From Balanoglossus misakiensis (Eukaryota > Animalia > Hemichordata): a stretch of 64,000 nucleotides of DNA. The stretch is taken from positions 8,627,200-8,691,199 of the forward strand of contig CM082593.2 of the NCBI GenBank assembly GCA_040954595.2. Reading direction: 5' to 3'. The notes below the pieces were generated by a model. The model did no database searches, was not told where the DNA came from, and saw only the letters and a list, made by a program, of their open reading frames with translations. Positions 59,879-64,000 of the stretch are shown here, in pieces (the stretch's first letter is position 1; each line of letters begins with the position of its first letter). Both the position numbers and the translations under genes were made by a program.

Positions 59879-62800
59879 CAATCCTAAACAAACAACCAGT
59901 GTAAAACCTTTGGGGTTGATAGTGATGGAGGGTGTGTTGGCAATCGTAAACAAACAACCAGTGTAAAACCTTTGGGGTTGATAGTGATGGAGGGTGTGTT
60001 GGCAATCGTAAACAAACAACCAGTGTAAAGCCATGGGGTTGATAGTGATGGAGGGTGTGTTGGCAATCGTAAACAAACAACAAGTGTAAAACCATGGGGG
60101 TTGATAGTGATGGAGGGTGTGTTGGCAATTCTAAACAAACAACCAGTGTAAAACCTTTGGGGTTGATAGTGATGGAGGGTGTGTTGGCAATCGTAAACAA
60201 ACAACAAGTGTAAAACCATGGGGGTTGATAGTGATGGAGGGTGTGTTGGCAATCGTAAACAAACAACCAGTGTAAAACCTTTGGGGTTGATAGTGATGGA
60301 GGGTGTGTTGGCAATCGTAAACAAACAACCAGTGTAAAGCCATGGGGGTTGATAGTGATGGAGGGTGTGTTGGCAATCGTAAACAAACAACAAGTGTAAA
60401 ACCATGGGGGTTGATAGTGATGGAGGGTGTGTTGGCAATTCTAAACAAACAACCAGTGTAAAACCTTTGGGGTTGATAGTGATGGAGGGTGTGTTGGCAA
60501 TCGTAAACAAACAACAAGTGTAAAACCATGGGGGGTTGATAGTGATGGAGGGTGTGTTGGCAATCCTAAACAAACAACCAGTGTAAAACCATGGGGGTTG
60601 ATAGTGATGGAGGGTGTGTTGGCAATCGTAAACAAACAACCAGTGTAAAGCCATGGGGGTTGATAGTGATGGGGGGTGTGTTGGCAATCGTAAACAAACA
60701 ACCAGTGTAAAGCAATGGGGGTTGATAGTGATGGAGGGTGTGTTGGCAATCGTAAACAAACAACCAGTGTAAAGCCATGGGGGTTGATAGTGATGGAGGG
60801 TGTGTTGGCAATCGTAAACAAACAACCAGTGTAAAACCTTTGGGGTTGATAGTGATGGAGGGTGTGTTGGCAATCGTAAACAAACAACCAGTGTAAAACC
60901 TTTGGGGTTGATAGTGATGGAGGGTGTGTTGGCAATCGTAAACAAACAACCAGTGTAAAACCTTTGGGGTTGATAGTGATGGAGGGTGTGTTGGCAATGG
61001 TAAACAAACAACCAGTGTAAAGCCATGGGGGTTAATAGTGATGGAGGGTGTGTTGGCAATGGTAAACAAACAACCAGTGTAAAGCCATGGGGGTTGATAG
61101 TGATGGAGGGTGTGTTGGCAATCGTAAACAAACAACCAGTGTAAAACCTTTGGGGTTGATAGTGATGGAGGGTGTGTTGGCAATCGTAAACAAACAACCA
61201 GTGTAAAGCAATGGGGGTTGATAGTGATGGAGGGTGTGTTGGCAATCGTAAACAAACAACCAGTGTAAAGCCATGGGGGTTAATAGTGATGGAGGGTGTG
61301 TTGGCAATCGTAAACAAACAACCAGTGTAAAGCCATGGGGGTTGATAGTGATGGAGGGTGTGTTGGCAATCGTAAACAAACAACCAGTGTAAAGCCATGG
61401 GGGTTAATAGTGATGGAGGGTGTGTTGGCAATGGTAAACAAACAACCAGTGTAAAGCCATGGGGGTTGATTGTGATGGAGGGTGTGTTGGCAATCGTAAA
61501 CAAACAACCAGTGTTAAGCCATGGGGGTTGATAGTGATGGAGGGTGTGTTGGCAATCGTAAACAAACAACCAGTGTAAAACCTTTGGGGTTGATAGTGAT
61601 GGAGGGTGTGTTGGCAATCGTAAACAAACAACCAGTGTAAAGCAATGGGGGTTGATAGTGATGGAGGGTGTGTTGGCAATCGTAAACAAACAACCAGTGT
61701 AAAGCCATGGGGGTTAATAGTGATGGAGGGTGTGTTGGCAATCGTAAACAAACAACCAGTGTAAAGCCATGGGGGTTGATAGTGATGGAGGGTGTGTTGG
61801 CAATCGTAAACAAACAACCAGTGTAAAGCCATGGGGGTTAATAGTGATGGAGGGTGTGTTGGCAATCGTAAACAAACAACCAGTGTAAAGCCATGGGGGT
61901 TGATTGTGATGGAGGGTGTGTTGGCAATCGTAAACAAACAACCAGTGTTAAGCCATGGGGGTTGATAGTGATGGAGGGTGTGTTGGCAATCGTAAACAAA
62001 CAACCAGTGTAAAACCTTTGGGGTTGATAGTGATGGAGGGTGTGTTGGCAATCGTAAACAAACAACCAGTGTAAAACCTTTGGGGTTGATAGTGATGGAG
62101 GGTGTGTTGGCAATCGTAAACAAACAACCAGTGTAAAGCAATGGGGGTTGATAGTGATGGAGGGTGTGTTGGCAATCGTAAACAAACAACCAGTGTAAAG
62201 CCATGGGGGTTGATAGTGATGGAGGGTGTGTTGGCAATCCTAAACAAACAACCAGTGTAAAACCTTTGGGGTTGATAGTGATGGAGGGTGTGTTGGCAAT
62301 CGTAAACAAACAACCAGTGTAAAACCTTTGGGGTTGATAGTGATGGAGGGTGTGTTGGCAATCGTAAACAAACAACCAGTGTAAAGCCATGGGGGTTGAT
62401 AGTGATGGAGGGTGTGTTGGCAATCCTAAACAAACAACCAGTGTAAAGCAATGGGGGTTGATAGTGATGGAGGGTGTGTTGGCAATCGTAAACAAACAAC
62501 CAGTGTAAAGCAATGGGGGTTGATAGTGATGGAGGGTGTGTTGGCAATCGTAAACAAACAACCAGTGTAAAGCAATGGGGGTTGATAGTGATGGAGGGTG
62601 TGTTGGAAATCGTAAACAAACAACCAGTGTAAAGCAATGGGGGTTGATAGTGATGGAGGGTGTGTTGGCAATCGTCAACAAACAACCAGTGTAAAGCAAT
62701 GGGGGTTGATAGTGATGGAGGGTGTGTTGGCAATCGTCAACAAACAACCAGTGTAAAGCCATGGGGGTTGATAGTGATGGAGGGTGTGTTGGCAATCGTA

Positions 62801-64000
62801 AACAAACAACCAGTGTAAAGCCATGGGGGTTGATAGTGATGGAGGGTGTGTTGGCAATCGTAAACAAACAACCAGTGTAAAGCAATGGGGGTTGATAGTG
62901 ATGGAGGGTGTGTTGGCAATCGTAAACAAACAACCAGTGTAAAGCCATGGGGGTTGATAGTGATGGAGGGTGTGTTGGCAATCGTAAACAAACAACCAGT
63001 GTAAAACCTTTGGGGTTGATAGTGATGGAGGGTGTGTTGGCAATCGTAAACAAACAACCAGTGTAAAGCCATGGGGGTTGATAGTGATGGAGGGTGTGTT
63101 GGCAATCGTAAACAAACAATCAGTGTAATGCAATGGGGGTTGATAGTGATGGAGGGTGTGTTGGCAATCGTAAACAAACAACCAGTGTAAAGCAATGGGG
63201 GTTGATAGTGATGGAGGGTGTGTTGGCAATCGTAAACAAACAACCAGTGTAAAGCAATGGGGGTTGATAGTGATGGAGGGTGTGTTGGCAATCGTAAACA
63301 AACAACCAGTGTAAAGCAATGGGGGTTGATAGTGATGGAGGGTGTGTTGGCAATCGTAAACAAACAACCAGTGTAAAGCAATGGGGGTTGATAGTGATGG
63401 AGGGTGTGTTGGCAATCGTAAACAAACAACCAGTGTAAAGCCATGGGGGTTGATAGTGATGGAGGGTGTGTTGGCAATCCTAAACAAACAACCAGTGTAA
63501 AACCTTTGGGGTTGATAGTGATGGAGGGTGTGTTGGCAATCGTAAACAAACAACCAGTGTAAAACCTTTGGGGTTGATAGTGATGGAGGGTGTGTTGGCA
63601 ATCCTAAACAAACAACCAGTGTAAAGCCATGGGGGTTGATAGTGATGGAGGGTGTGTTGGCAATCCTAAACAAACAACCAGTGTAAAGCAATGGGGGTTG
63701 ATAGTGATGGAGGGTGTGTTGGCAATCGTAAACAAACAACCAGTGTAAAGCAATGGGGGTTGATAGTGATGGAGGGTGTGTTGGCAATCGTAAACAAACA
63801 ACCAGTGTAAAGCCATGGGGGTTGATAGTGATGGGGGGTGTGTTGGCAATCGTAAACAAACAACCAGTGTAAAACCTTTGGGGTTGATAGTGATGGAGGG
63901 TGTGTTGGCAATCGTAAACAAACAACCAGTGTAAAACCTTTGGGGTTGACAGTGATGGAGGGTGTGTAGGCAATCGTAAACAAACAACCAGTGTAAAGCC
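59879..64000. repeat. 62-bp tandem repeat array, about 66 units, continuing past the window end
   Basis: Unit caatcgtaaacaaacaaccagtgtaaagccatgggggttgatagtgatggagggtgtgttgg repeated head-to-tail with few variant positions. Confidence 0.97.

Noticed and set aside
59808-63987. Long overlapping ORFs (up to 601 aa) as genuine genes
   Set aside because: Explained by a stop-free 62-bp unit; frames break at variant units and no domain is recognisable.
59879-64000. CRISPR-like array
   Set aside because: No unique spacers, only near-identical tandem units; eukaryotic context and no cas genes.

Overview
Intron-rich, AT-rich animal genomic DNA; an invertebrate deuterostome (hemichordate/echinoderm-like) is my inference from gene structure and repeat content. 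Four protein-coding genes can be spliced by eye: (1) a polycystin-1-family gene (signal peptide, PKD, REJ, GAIN/GPS, TM1) on the minus strand from 11011, running off the left edge; (2) TFAM (7 exons, 11578-16872), head-to-head with it across a CpG-rich promoter; (3) a two-repeat TMEM175 lysosomal K+/H+ channel (21 coding exons, about 505 aa, one GC-AG intron, 21558-42866); (4) an RDH8/HSD17B1-like SDR (4 exons, minus strand, 50766-47200). Introns hold many non-autonomous DNA transposons (TTAA-flanked, TAG..CTA with 8-9 bp TSDs, TA-flanked, two nested insertions), a tRNA/CORE-type SINE, and LINE and BEL/Pao relics. The last 4.1 kb is a 62-bp tandem array with higher-order structure. The strongest novelty candidates are long-hairpin elements sharing an apical CGAGCCRCAGGCGA motif (one with a possible Crypton-like recombinase relic), substitutions at pore positions of TMEM175, and a 25-bp motif shared by two CpG-rich regions. 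All calls are by eye; no searches were run.
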